Assembly: GCA_039190745.1 (NCBI GenBank)
Contig: JBCCXZ010000014.1
Span: 186 to 64,185 of the forward strand
Direction of reading: 5' to 3'
Length of the DNA: 64,000 nucleotides
From: Planctomycetota bacterium
GTDB lineage: Bacteria > Planctomycetota > Planctomycetia > Pirellulales > Lacipirellulaceae
Below the pieces are notes generated by a model. It was not told the DNA's origin and did no database searches. It saw nothing but the letters and a program-made list of their open reading frames with translations. Below, piece by piece: positions 17,623 through 26,455 of the stretch; position 1 is the stretch's first letter; the number at the start of each line of letters is the position of its first letter. Both the position numbers and the translations under genes were made by a program.

Positions 17623-18111
17623 TCAGACGGGCTTGTCCGGGAGCTTGATCTGGCCCGCGTCGTTGTCGAGCACGTCGTAGCGCCCTTGGGTGCGTTCGCT
17701 ACGCTTGTCGCGTCCGCCAGAGACGCCGGGGTCGGACGACTGGAGGCCGGCTCGGGACAGAAGCGACTCGCCGAGGATTTCCGCGGAGCGGTCTTCCATT
17801 GGCGGCGGGCCGACGGCGCCCAGCTCGGAGGGCACGTACTCGACCTCGTAGCGGTGCTTGGCGATCGCGATCTGATCGCCGGGGTCGAGCCGCTTCTCCT
17901 GCACCTTGACGTTGTTCACCTTCACGCCGTTGCGGCTCTGCATGTCGCGCACGAACCAGTAGCCGGCGTTGAGGTAGAGCGTGCAGTGGTGTGCGGAGAC
18001 GTTCGCGAAACGTAGCACGATGTCGCAGCTCTCGCGGCGCCCGACCAGGAGTTGTTTCTTCAAGAGCGGGATGGGGTCGCCCCCTCCCAACGGCACTAGT
18101 TCGCCATACAT
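17623..18111 (-). CDS. FHA domain-containing protein
   Basis: LLVGRRESCDIVLRFANVSAHHCTLY...WFVRDMQSRNGVKVNNVKV...GDQIAIAKHRYEV is a canonical FHA core (GR...D, SxxH, NG). Confidence 0.85.
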   Translation of the reverse strand: MYGELVPLGGGDPIPLLKKQLLVGRRESCDIVLRFANVSAHHCTLYLNAGYWFVRDMQSRNGVKVNNVKVQEKRLDPGDQIAIAKHRYEVEYVPSELGAVGPPPMEDRSAEILGESLLSRAGLQSSDPGVSGGRDKRSERTQGRYDVLDNDAGQIKLPDKPV

Positions 18112-18351
18112 GTCGATCTCGTTGTGCGGGCCTGACGTGGCAGGCCCTTAGCTTGGGCGAATAACGCGCACCGACATCGTTTGGGAGTCGCTGCGCGGCC
18201 CCTTATGACTCAATAAATACGAATAAGGACTCGCCGGCCCGCGGGTCCCGCCGTGTATAGCCCTTCACTGTAAGTAAGGGCCGAAGTGGAGTCAACCAAA
18301 CCCCTTACGTCGAGCGTCAGGCGGCGGTTACACGCGGGACGGGCTAGGACG

Positions 18352-18409
18352 AAAAGGGGCCCGACGCAGCGTGGAGCGTTGGGGGAACCGCTCCTGTGCT
18401 GCGTCGGGC
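18352..18409 (-). terminator. putative intrinsic terminator downstream of PEP-CTERM gene
   Basis: 12-bp stem GCCCGACGCAGC (18359-18370) / GCTGCGTCGGGC (18398-18409), followed on the minus strand by CCCCTTTT. Confidence 0.5.
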
Positions 18410-18450
18410 AACCCGCCTGCCGCGGCCGCCTTTGTGGTCACTATCGTCGG

Positions 18451-19137
18451 TTAGCGACGGCGGCGGCCGAGGACGCACGCGGTTAGGCCGGCCAACAGAC
18501 CGAGCGTTCCCGGCTCGGGGATCGCCGTGGCGGCCACCTGGGCCGCTCCGACATCAGCCCCGACCAGGTTGGTCGACGAGAACGAGTTGTCGAACAGGAA
18601 CTGGCCAAACTCAGCCGAGACGAGCAGTTCGCCGTCGATGGTGAGCGCATCGGCCAGGTCGATGACATTCGTCACCTGGATATCGAACAGCGGCGCCACG
18701 ATGCCCGTGGTGCTCTGCACGAAGAAGCCGCTGCGGTCGCCGCCGATGCGGGTTGCGTCGAAGCGGATCGAGAAGTCGCCGACGGTGGCGTCGTTCGCCG
18801 CGTCGCCGTCGGGGGTGTTGAAGCCCACCGTGCCGTTGTGCTCGATCGTGCCGCCGGCCGAGAACGTGTTCAGGAAGTCGCCCGGCGTGTAAGTGAGCGT
18901 CGACGCGGCGTCGATCGGGAACGCGGCCGAGGTCTCGCCCGCGCCGGCGGCGAGGTCGCCGGGAACGATCGTGGCGCCGCCTACTGCATCGAGCGTCAGG
19001 TTCGCGGCCGCGGCCAGCGTATCGGTGTCGAGGATGACGTTCGTCTGCCCGCCGACCACGTCTACGGCACGGGATTGATTCGCGGCAAGAGCGGCGGCGA
19101 GTGCAACGGCAAAGCAGAGGTTCTTGGAGAGTTTCAT
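18451..19137 (-). CDS. PEP-CTERM sorting-domain secreted protein
   Basis: N-terminal signal MKLSKNLCFAVALAAALAA; C-terminal IPEPGTLGLLAGLTACVLGRRRR (PEP motif + TM + Arg cluster). Confidence 0.85.
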   Translation of the reverse strand: MKLSKNLCFAVALAAALAANQSRAVDVVGGQTNVILDTDTLAAAANLTLDAVGGATIVPGDLAAGAGETSAAFPIDAASTLTYTPGDFLNTFSAGGTIEHNGTVGFNTPDGDAANDATVGDFSIRFDATRIGGDRSGFFVQSTTGIVAPLFDIQVTNVIDLADALTIDGELLVSAEFGQFLFDNSFSSTNLVGADVGAAQVAATAIPEPGTLGLLAGLTACVLGRRRR

Positions 19138-19442
19138 ATCGTTTTCCTTCTAGGTCTATCGTTCTTGTGTTATTGGAGAACTCGGGTTTCATCAAAGCAC
19201 GAGCGCGCACCGGGAGCGCAAAACCCTTAAGGAGCTTTTCTTCAAGGCGGTTCCGGAGAGGAAGACGCCTCGTGCAGCGGGCGCGGTGTGCCGAGTATGC
19301 AGGAGGAATGAGCAGCCATTAAGCGACGGCTCAACTCCCAGAAAAACAGGACGCCTGTACGGCGTCGCGACCGTCCGATTGTGCTGGCCGCGTCGCCTCG
19401 GTGCGGCGTGCGGCAAGCGGCTCGGCGGTCTCGGTTACACCA

Positions 19443-20567
19443 TTAGCCCTGCTGCCTCCCGTTGAGGTCTGAGTTGACCAAGACAGGGGGCTGAGCCGTC
19501 GCGGAAGACTGCTCGCCGCCCTTAGTGAAGTGACAGAAACTAGGGCGTACGCTGTCGAGCGTTTGGCCCGGAAGCACGAGCGCCGCGAGGCAGACGAATG
19601 CCAGTGACGGCGTCAGCCCGCCGCCGAGACGCTTCTTGGCGCCCGAGCGGAGGATAGTATTGAGCCTCGAAACCGTGATGTCTCCGTGTTGCACGCCTAC
19701 GACTCCGGACATCGGCCGCAGCCGGCAACGCATCTCTAGCACGCGGATCAATGCCGAGGCGTAGTCGACTGCGCTACAACCAGCGGTCGCAACGACATCG
19801 TCGTCTACGCACCGCTCGGCCGCGTCGGTCGCCTGGCGGCTTGCCCACCACACGAGCGGGTGGAACCAGCATAAGGCAACCGCGAGCACCTGAAGTAGTG
19901 ACAGGAGCGTATCGCCCCGGCGGATATGCAGCAGTTCGTGTGTGATGATCGACCGGAGTTCTTCCCCGCGGGCGACCTCGGAGAGTCTCGTCGGCAGTAT
20001 CAGCCTCTTGCGGAAGATACCCATTGTGGCCGGGCCGTGGTTCTCGTCCGTCAGCAGTACGCGGGGCGCGTGTTTGAGGCCGCACCGACTAGCAACGAGC
20101 CGGATTTCTTCGAGGAGGCCCTCACTCGGCTCGGCGGCGTGGCTCTCCAAGTTGTGCAGCAGACTATGCCGGCGGGTCAGCCAGCAGGCGAACACTGCGA
20201 AGACCCCAACGGCCCAAACCATCAGCAAAGCAACCAACCAAGGGTTGGCTTGAAGACCGAGCCAGGCGCCGAGTGCCGATGGTTCGGCCACGGCGACCTG
20301 GCTCGGTGCGGCTGAATCGAAGCCGAGGGCGAGGCCTTCTTCGGTTGACTGAACACTCGCGGCGGGCGACCAGCTAAACAGGCCGGTGGGGCTTGCAACG
20401 ACGGGCGGGATGATCGCCTTCAGGATCACCAATAGCCACAGGCTGTGGGCAGCGCGGGGGTATCGAGTCCCAAACAGCCGCGTCACCAAGCCAACGACCA
20501 CAATCAGCAGCGTGAGCTGCCACAGGTGGGTCGCGAATAGGCCGACGATCTCGTGTTGGCTGGTCAT
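19443..20567 (-). CDS. BlaR1/M56 family peptidase-type signal transducer
   Basis: Start at internal ATG (MTSQHEIVGLF...), which ends the overlap with the upstream repressor gene; TM helices; zinc-protease motif ITHELLHIRRGD. Follows a BlaI-type gene as in BlaI/BlaR1 pairs. Confidence 0.85.
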   Translation of the reverse strand: MTSQHEIVGLFATHLWQLTLLIVVVGLVTRLFGTRYPRAAHSLWLLVILKAIIPPVVASPTGLFSWSPAASVQSTEEGLALGFDSAAPSQVAVAEPSALGAWLGLQANPWLVALLMVWAVGVFAVFACWLTRRHSLLHNLESHAAEPSEGLLEEIRLVASRCGLKHAPRVLLTDENHGPATMGIFRKRLILPTRLSEVARGEELRSIITHELLHIRRGDTLLSLLQVLAVALCWFHPLVWWASRQATDAAERCVDDDVVATAGCSAVDYASALIRVLEMRCRLRPMSGVVGVQHGDITVSRLNTILRSGAKKRLGGGLTPSLAFVCLAALVLPGQTLDSVRPSFCHFTKGGEQSSATAQPPVLVNSDLNGRQQG

Positions 20568-20602
20568 GCTGGGGCTCCACCGCCTTGCTGCGGGGGCGTA
20601 CG

Positions 20603-21013
20603 CTAGGCCGATGTGTCCGAGTTGGGGGCGTCGCTGGGGTCGTCTTGAAAGTCGTCGAGCATCGCCCGCAGTTGTGCGATCTCTTCGGGTGTGACTCGGC
20701 CTTCGTCGATGAGGTGCCTCAAGAGAGGCAACGATGCCCCGCCGAACAGGCGGTTCACAAAATCGTCGACCGCCTCGCGGATTACCTGGTTGGGCTTTAC
20801 TCGGCTGGTGAAATGCTTCACCCGCTTCTTGAGTTCCGAGGTCACGTAGCCCTTGGTTTCGAGGCGGTTCAAATAGGTTTGAACCGTCGAGAAATCGAGC
20901 TTCCGGGTCTCTCCCATCGCGTCGACCACTTGCCGGACGGTGCCCGTGCCCAGCTCCCACAGGACGCGGGCGACTTCCATTTCGGCTTTCGAGAGTGCGG
21001 GTCGTTTTGCCAC
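20603..21013 (-). CDS. BlaI/MecI/CopY family transcriptional repressor
   Basis: LSKAEMEVARVLWELGTGTVRQVVDAM...STVQTYLNRLETKGYV winged-helix block typical of Penicillinase_R family. Confidence 0.9.
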   Translation of the reverse strand: MAKRPALSKAEMEVARVLWELGTGTVRQVVDAMGETRKLDFSTVQTYLNRLETKGYVTSELKKRVKHFTSRVKPNQVIREAVDDFVNRLFGGASLPLLRHLIDEGRVTPEEIAQLRAMLDDFQDDPSDAPNSDTSA

Positions 21014-21047
21014 GACAACAATGTTCTTCGGAGGGGCTGCCAGGTCA

Positions 21048-21084
21048 ACTACATCTGTGGTTGAAATATAACTACGTTTGTCGT
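21048..21084. promoter_or_regulatory. two candidate BlaI operator half-palindromes (ACTACATCTGTGGT, ACTACGTTTGTCGT)
   Basis: 14-bp ACTAC-N4-TGT-N-GT units at 21048-21061 and 21071-21084, starting 23 bp apart and lying 35-71 bp upstream of the blaI-like start. They resemble the TACA/TGTA dyads bound by BlaI/MecI. Confidence 0.35.
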
Positions 21085-21192
21085 TGGGGCAAGAGTTTTC
21101 TCAGAAAAAATTTGGGATGGGCAGAACGCTCACATTTGCCGCAATGGACGACCGAGAACCGGCGACGCAAGTAACTCCCGGCCCCGCGACGG

Positions 21193-22329
21193 CTAGCCGT
21201 CGATGGTGACGCCGCGGTAAGTCATCTTGTTCTTGGCGCGAGAGAATTTGGCGGCCAGCTCTGGGATGTCATTGTCGTGCCCGAGCACGATCACCACGTC
21301 GCCCGCCTGCAGAACGTAGTCGGTCGAGGGGTTGAGCTCGGTCGCGCCGCCGGCGCAGCGGATGCCGACAACGAGGAAGCCGTGGTTTCCGCGCACTTCG
21401 AGGTCGCCCAGCGTTTTGCCCGCCAGCTCGGTGCCCTCGGCGACTTCGAGTTCGTCGAACTGCAGCCCGAGGTGACCGAGTTCGTCGTTCATATCGCCGC
21501 GGGTGGTGAGCTGTTCGAGCATGCTCTCGGCCGAGGGCCGATTGATGAGCTGAGCGACCTTGGTGGCCCCGATTGCGGTCGGCAGCACCACGCGGTTGGC
21601 GCCGCAACCGAGCAGTTTCTTTTCGGTGCGGGGGTTCTCGCCTCGAGCGATGATCATCAGGTCGGAGTTCATTGCACGTGCGGTGATCGTGACAAACACG
21701 TTGGTCGCGTCCTCGGACAGCACTGACGCCAGGACCGAGGCGTGACGGATGCCCGCTTGTTCGAGGACAAACTCTTCGGTCGAGTCGCCGTGGATGACAA
21801 GGTAGCCTCGCTCTTCGGCTCCCTGCAGCCGCTCGGCTTCGCGGTCGATCACCACGAAGGGCTTGCCCGAGGCGTGCAGCTCCTTGGCGAGGATCGACCC
21901 CATACGGCCGACGCCGCAGACGATGGTGTGGCCGCGGAGCCGTTCGATTTCTTTGGACATTCTGCGTGCTCCCAAGGCCTTGTTGAGTTCTCCGTCGATG
22001 AGCATCTGCATGAAGCCGCCGACGGTGTAGATGACGGCTCCGTAGCCGGCGATGATCACCAGGATGGTTAGCGCCCGCAGCTCGGGCGACTGCACGGGCT
22101 GCACTTCTCCATAGCCGACGCCGAAGATGGTGATGATCACCATGTAGATGGCGTCGTCGAGCCGCCACCCGGCGGCCATGTACCCGACGACGGCGATGAT
22201 GCAGACTGCGGCGAACAGCCCTAAGCCGGTGACGATCTTCCGCAGCGGACCGGAGAAGGCTTCGCCGCGACGCGGTGCGTCTGGGTCGTGCGCGTTCAGG
22301 TCGGAGTCGTCGGGGGGAAGGGCGTTCAC
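21193..22329 (-). CDS. potassium channel protein with RCK (TrkA-N / TrkA-C) domains
   Basis: Selectivity filter TIFGVGYGEV between two TM helices; Rossmann motif IVCGVGRMGS; C-terminal TrkA-C-like segment (LAGKTLGDLEVR...GDVVIVLG). Confidence 0.88.
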   Translation of the reverse strand: MNALPPDDSDLNAHDPDAPRRGEAFSGPLRKIVTGLGLFAAVCIIAVVGYMAAGWRLDDAIYMVIITIFGVGYGEVQPVQSPELRALTILVIIAGYGAVIYTVGGFMQMLIDGELNKALGARRMSKEIERLRGHTIVCGVGRMGSILAKELHASGKPFVVIDREAERLQGAEERGYLVIHGDSTEEFVLEQAGIRHASVLASVLSEDATNVFVTITARAMNSDLMIIARGENPRTEKKLLGCGANRVVLPTAIGATKVAQLINRPSAESMLEQLTTRGDMNDELGHLGLQFDELEVAEGTELAGKTLGDLEVRGNHGFLVVGIRCAGGATELNPSTDYVLQAGDVVIVLGHDNDIPELAAKFSRAKNKMTYRGVTIDG

Positions 22330-22476
22330 AGCTCGGGCCTCGCCGCGCCGTTGCCGGCGGCGAGTACTTGCACCGCGAGGATGGTGAATGCCTGGATCAG
22401 AATCGCGGGGGAATCTCCGCCAAGAGCCCGCGTAGGGACGATCATAGCACGAGTCTGGACGGCCCGCGAACGGGCG

Positions 22477-23715
22477 CTAATCCGCGGGGTTCTCGCGTCG
22501 CAGTTCGTAGGAGAATGCCCCCAGCAGGTCGCCCCGCCGGCCGCCGTGGCAGACGATGCAGCTTTGGTCGGCCCGGACGGCGCCGAGCATCTCGATTAGG
22601 TCCTCGCCTTCATCGACGTAGACGTCGGCGTGCGTTTGGATCTTGGGAAGCGCCTTCGTTTCGAAGTCGTTGAGCGGGCGGTTCGGGAACTCAGCGATCT
22701 CTTCCATCTGCGGGAGCTCGTCGGTCAGGTACACCAACGGTTCGTTGTGCCGCAGGAGGCTCACCAATTGCAGACGGGTGAGTTGCCAGCCATCCGAGGT
22801 ATCGCTCTCCGATGCCCACTTGGGCAGGTGTGTGAAGGCGTGCCCCTCGAACCCGGCGACTTCTTCGATACTGCGGACGTAGCCGATGCGATCCGGATCG
22901 AGGAACTCGCCCATGGCGACGGTGTGGATTTCGTCGGCCTGGGCTCGGTAGCGGTTTGACAGCGGCAGTGGCAGTGCCAACGAACTCGCGGATGGACTCG
23001 CCTCGAGTGGCTCGTATCTCTCGGGGTAAAAGCGATTGATCATTCTCCCGGGCCCAAAGCCCTGGGCTGCCACGAAACGGCGATAGGAATCATCGTGCAG
23101 GTCCTGCAGAAGCCGGTATCTTCCGAAGAACCATGGTTCCGATCGCTCTTGCTGTTCTGACAGGTTCTTCTGCACGTCCTTGGCCAGAGTGCCAAGGCTA
23201 GTTCCGGCGCCCGACGTTTGCCTTAAACCCTCCAAGCGAGGTGTTAGATCAACCATCGGTACTTCGGTACGCAGCCGATCATAGGCCCTGAGGTTTTTAA
23301 TGCCGAAGCCCATCGTCGCTGCGTACGGTACCACCAATGCGGCAGCGATTGACGCAATCACTGTCTTGGCTGCGTGGCGCTTTGCCGCGGAAGACAACAG
23401 TAGCAAGAAGCTGGCCACGGCGTTGACGACAGTGTGGAAGAAGAAGGTCGGAGATAGCATGAGCAGAACGAATCCGACCACTGCTAGACCGAGCGAAACC
23501 GTCAGTCCAAAAGCCGAGCCTCGCGACAAGTGTGCACGTATCGTCAGAAAGGCAACTCCGAGTGAAAAGCAGAGGTTCATCAAGTAACCCATGCCAAAGA
23601 ACCTCGTGGGTGCGAGCAGTACGCACGCCACGGCCATCAACGCCAAAATCGCACGCAAACTGAAACGCGGGAGACGCGGCTGATCTTCTTCGAAGTTGTC
23701 CGATTCTTCGCTCAT
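22477..23715 (-). CDS. membrane protein with C-terminal single CXXCH (Tll0287/DUF3365-like heme c sensor domain, tentative)
   Basis: Four or five N-terminal TM helices; C-terminus ...DQSCIVCHGGRRGDLLGAFSYEL, i.e. CXXCH followed by a GDL-GA-S block as in DUF3365 domains. Confidence 0.6.
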   Translation of the reverse strand: MSEESDNFEEDQPRLPRFSLRAILALMAVACVLLAPTRFFGMGYLMNLCFSLGVAFLTIRAHLSRGSAFGLTVSLGLAVVGFVLLMLSPTFFFHTVVNAVASFLLLLSSAAKRHAAKTVIASIAAALVVPYAATMGFGIKNLRAYDRLRTEVPMVDLTPRLEGLRQTSGAGTSLGTLAKDVQKNLSEQQERSEPWFFGRYRLLQDLHDDSYRRFVAAQGFGPGRMINRFYPERYEPLEASPSASSLALPLPLSNRYRAQADEIHTVAMGEFLDPDRIGYVRSIEEVAGFEGHAFTHLPKWASESDTSDGWQLTRLQLVSLLRHNEPLVYLTDELPQMEEIAEFPNRPLNDFETKALPKIQTHADVYVDEGEDLIEMLGAVRADQSCIVCHGGRRGDLLGAFSYELRRENPAD

Positions 23716-23826
23716 GCCGGAATTGTACCCGCCGAGGCGTTGTTCGATGGCTTAGAACGAGAGGGGCCTACTGGCGAATCGGCCTTGGTAGCCGACGAAC
23801 TACGCGTCGGCGGTTACAATGAAAAT

Positions 23827-24221
<395 letters not shown>

Positions 24222-24312
24222 TTTTTTAGCTGTTAGCTGTGAGCCTTTAGCCGTTAGGCCTCAGCGTCTTTCTGGCTAACAGCTCACAGCTAATGGCTAA
24301 CCGCTAAAAAAA
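24222..24312. terminator. long imperfect inverted repeat built from TTAGC/GCTAA units, flanked by T6 and A7 (bidirectional terminator candidate after rnpB)
   Basis: TTTTTTAGCTGTTAGCTGTGAGCC...GGCTAACAGCTCACAGCTAATGGCTAACCGCTAAAAAAA read directly; the arms pair imperfectly. Confidence 0.4.
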
Positions 24313-24342
24313 GAGCCGCCCCCGACGAATCGAGGACGGCTC
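24306..24342 (-). terminator. intrinsic terminator of the 24379-24948 gene
   Basis: Minus strand reads GAGCCGTCCTCGATTCGTCGGGGGCGGCTC followed by T7, 37 nt after the stop codon. Confidence 0.6.
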
Positions 24343-24378
24343 GTGCTGACGCGCTGACTGTCGTTGCCGAAGGCTGCT

Positions 24379-24948
24379 CTAGAACCGCGGCTGGTTCGGC
24401 TTGAACGGCGGCGGGGTTTGGCCTTCCGGCGTTCGGAGCGGCTGCTGGGGACGGGCCTGCGGGGCCGCAGCGCCCGGCGCCTGGCCGAACGACTGGGGCG
24501 GCTTGGTTGCTGGCGCCGGCGTGACCGGCTTAATAGGCCGCGTACCGTTGGAGCCGGCCCGCTCGTTGGGGATCATTTCCTCGCCGATCACCTGCAGCAG
24601 TTTCGAGATGCACAGCTTGTTCATGCTGGTACGGAGGTCGTGGGCCTCGGTACGCAGGTATTCGTGCATGCTCTTGGGGAGCCGAACGGTGATGACCCGC
24701 GTGGGCTCGGTGTCGGCGTCTGCGGTCGTCCGCTTTTCCCGCAGCTTCACGAGCTGCTTCTGGATCTTCTCAAACTCCTCGCTCTGCTCGAAGGCGGCCA
24801 GCTCGTCAAAGCTGGGGAAAGCCTTGCGGACTGCGCCGTCGATGCCCAGCACCTCGCGGAAGTAGGTGACCCAGTCCGGGTCTTGCCGATAAAGGTTATC
24901 GGCAACGGTGAGGACTTCTTGGTATTTCTCGCTTGTCTGCGTCAGCAC
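24379..24948 (-). CDS. hypothetical protein with ribbon-helix-helix-like segment and Pro/Gln-rich tail
   Basis: GTG at 24948 is 9 nt downstream of AAGGAG. The segment VITVRLPKSMHEYLRTEAHDLRTSMNKLCISKLL looks like an Arc/CopG-type RHH; the C-terminus is low complexity (PAPATKPPQ...). The tracked ORF start (24987, TTG) is less likely. Confidence 0.6.
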   Translation of the reverse strand: MLTQTSEKYQEVLTVADNLYRQDPDWVTYFREVLGIDGAVRKAFPSFDELAAFEQSEEFEKIQKQLVKLREKRTTADADTEPTRVITVRLPKSMHEYLRTEAHDLRTSMNKLCISKLLQVIGEEMIPNERAGSNGTRPIKPVTPAPATKPPQSFGQAPGAAAPQARPQQPLRTPEGQTPPPFKPNQPRF

Positions 24949-25306
24949 GGGTTCAGTCTCCTTACTTGCTCTGCCGGGGAGAACCAACTCGGTGGCCTCC
25001 TTGGACCATCCTGTTGCCTTATCATTCGCTAGCTGACAAGTGCATCACGCAGGTCGTTGCAATGCTTGCACTTAGGGCGATTCGGAGCGGCTGTCTATTT
25101 TCGGGCAGCGGCTGCACGGACGGTGTTCGGCTCGACTGCCCAAAAAACGTGCACGCCTCAATTCCCTTTTTGGGGGGTGTCCACGACTTTTCTTGTGGAA
25201 ATGACTGGAGCCTATAGCGGCGATTACCGAGGCCTCGGTGCATAGAAAAAGACGGCCCGGAGGCCGCCTTTTGAGCGTTGGATTTAGCTTGAGACGGGGC
25301 TCCGAA

Positions 25307-26245
<939 letters not shown>

Positions 26246-26455
26246 GGATTCGGGCTCGGTGAAATAGGGTGACTAGTGGGCTAAGTTCGGTGCCTGGTCG
26301 AGCCCAAAAGTATAAGGACCGCCCCTGGCGCGGGCAAACGATCGCCGGAAGGCTCGGGTTCCGGTTTCAGAGATGCCCGTTCTGCGGCTGCCGGGTGCGG
26401 TCCCGCACTCTTGGGCGGTAGTCCGGTGGACGGGACCCGGTGGGCCGGAGTCCGG

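Noticed and set aside
20568-20960. N-terminal 131-codon extension of the BlaR1-like ORF (tracked as 19443..20960).
   Set aside because: The extension is Arg/Pro/Gly-rich and overlaps the whole 3' part of the BlaI-like gene in another frame. The internal ATG at 20567 starts right at the first TM helix, 36 nt downstream of the repressor stop.
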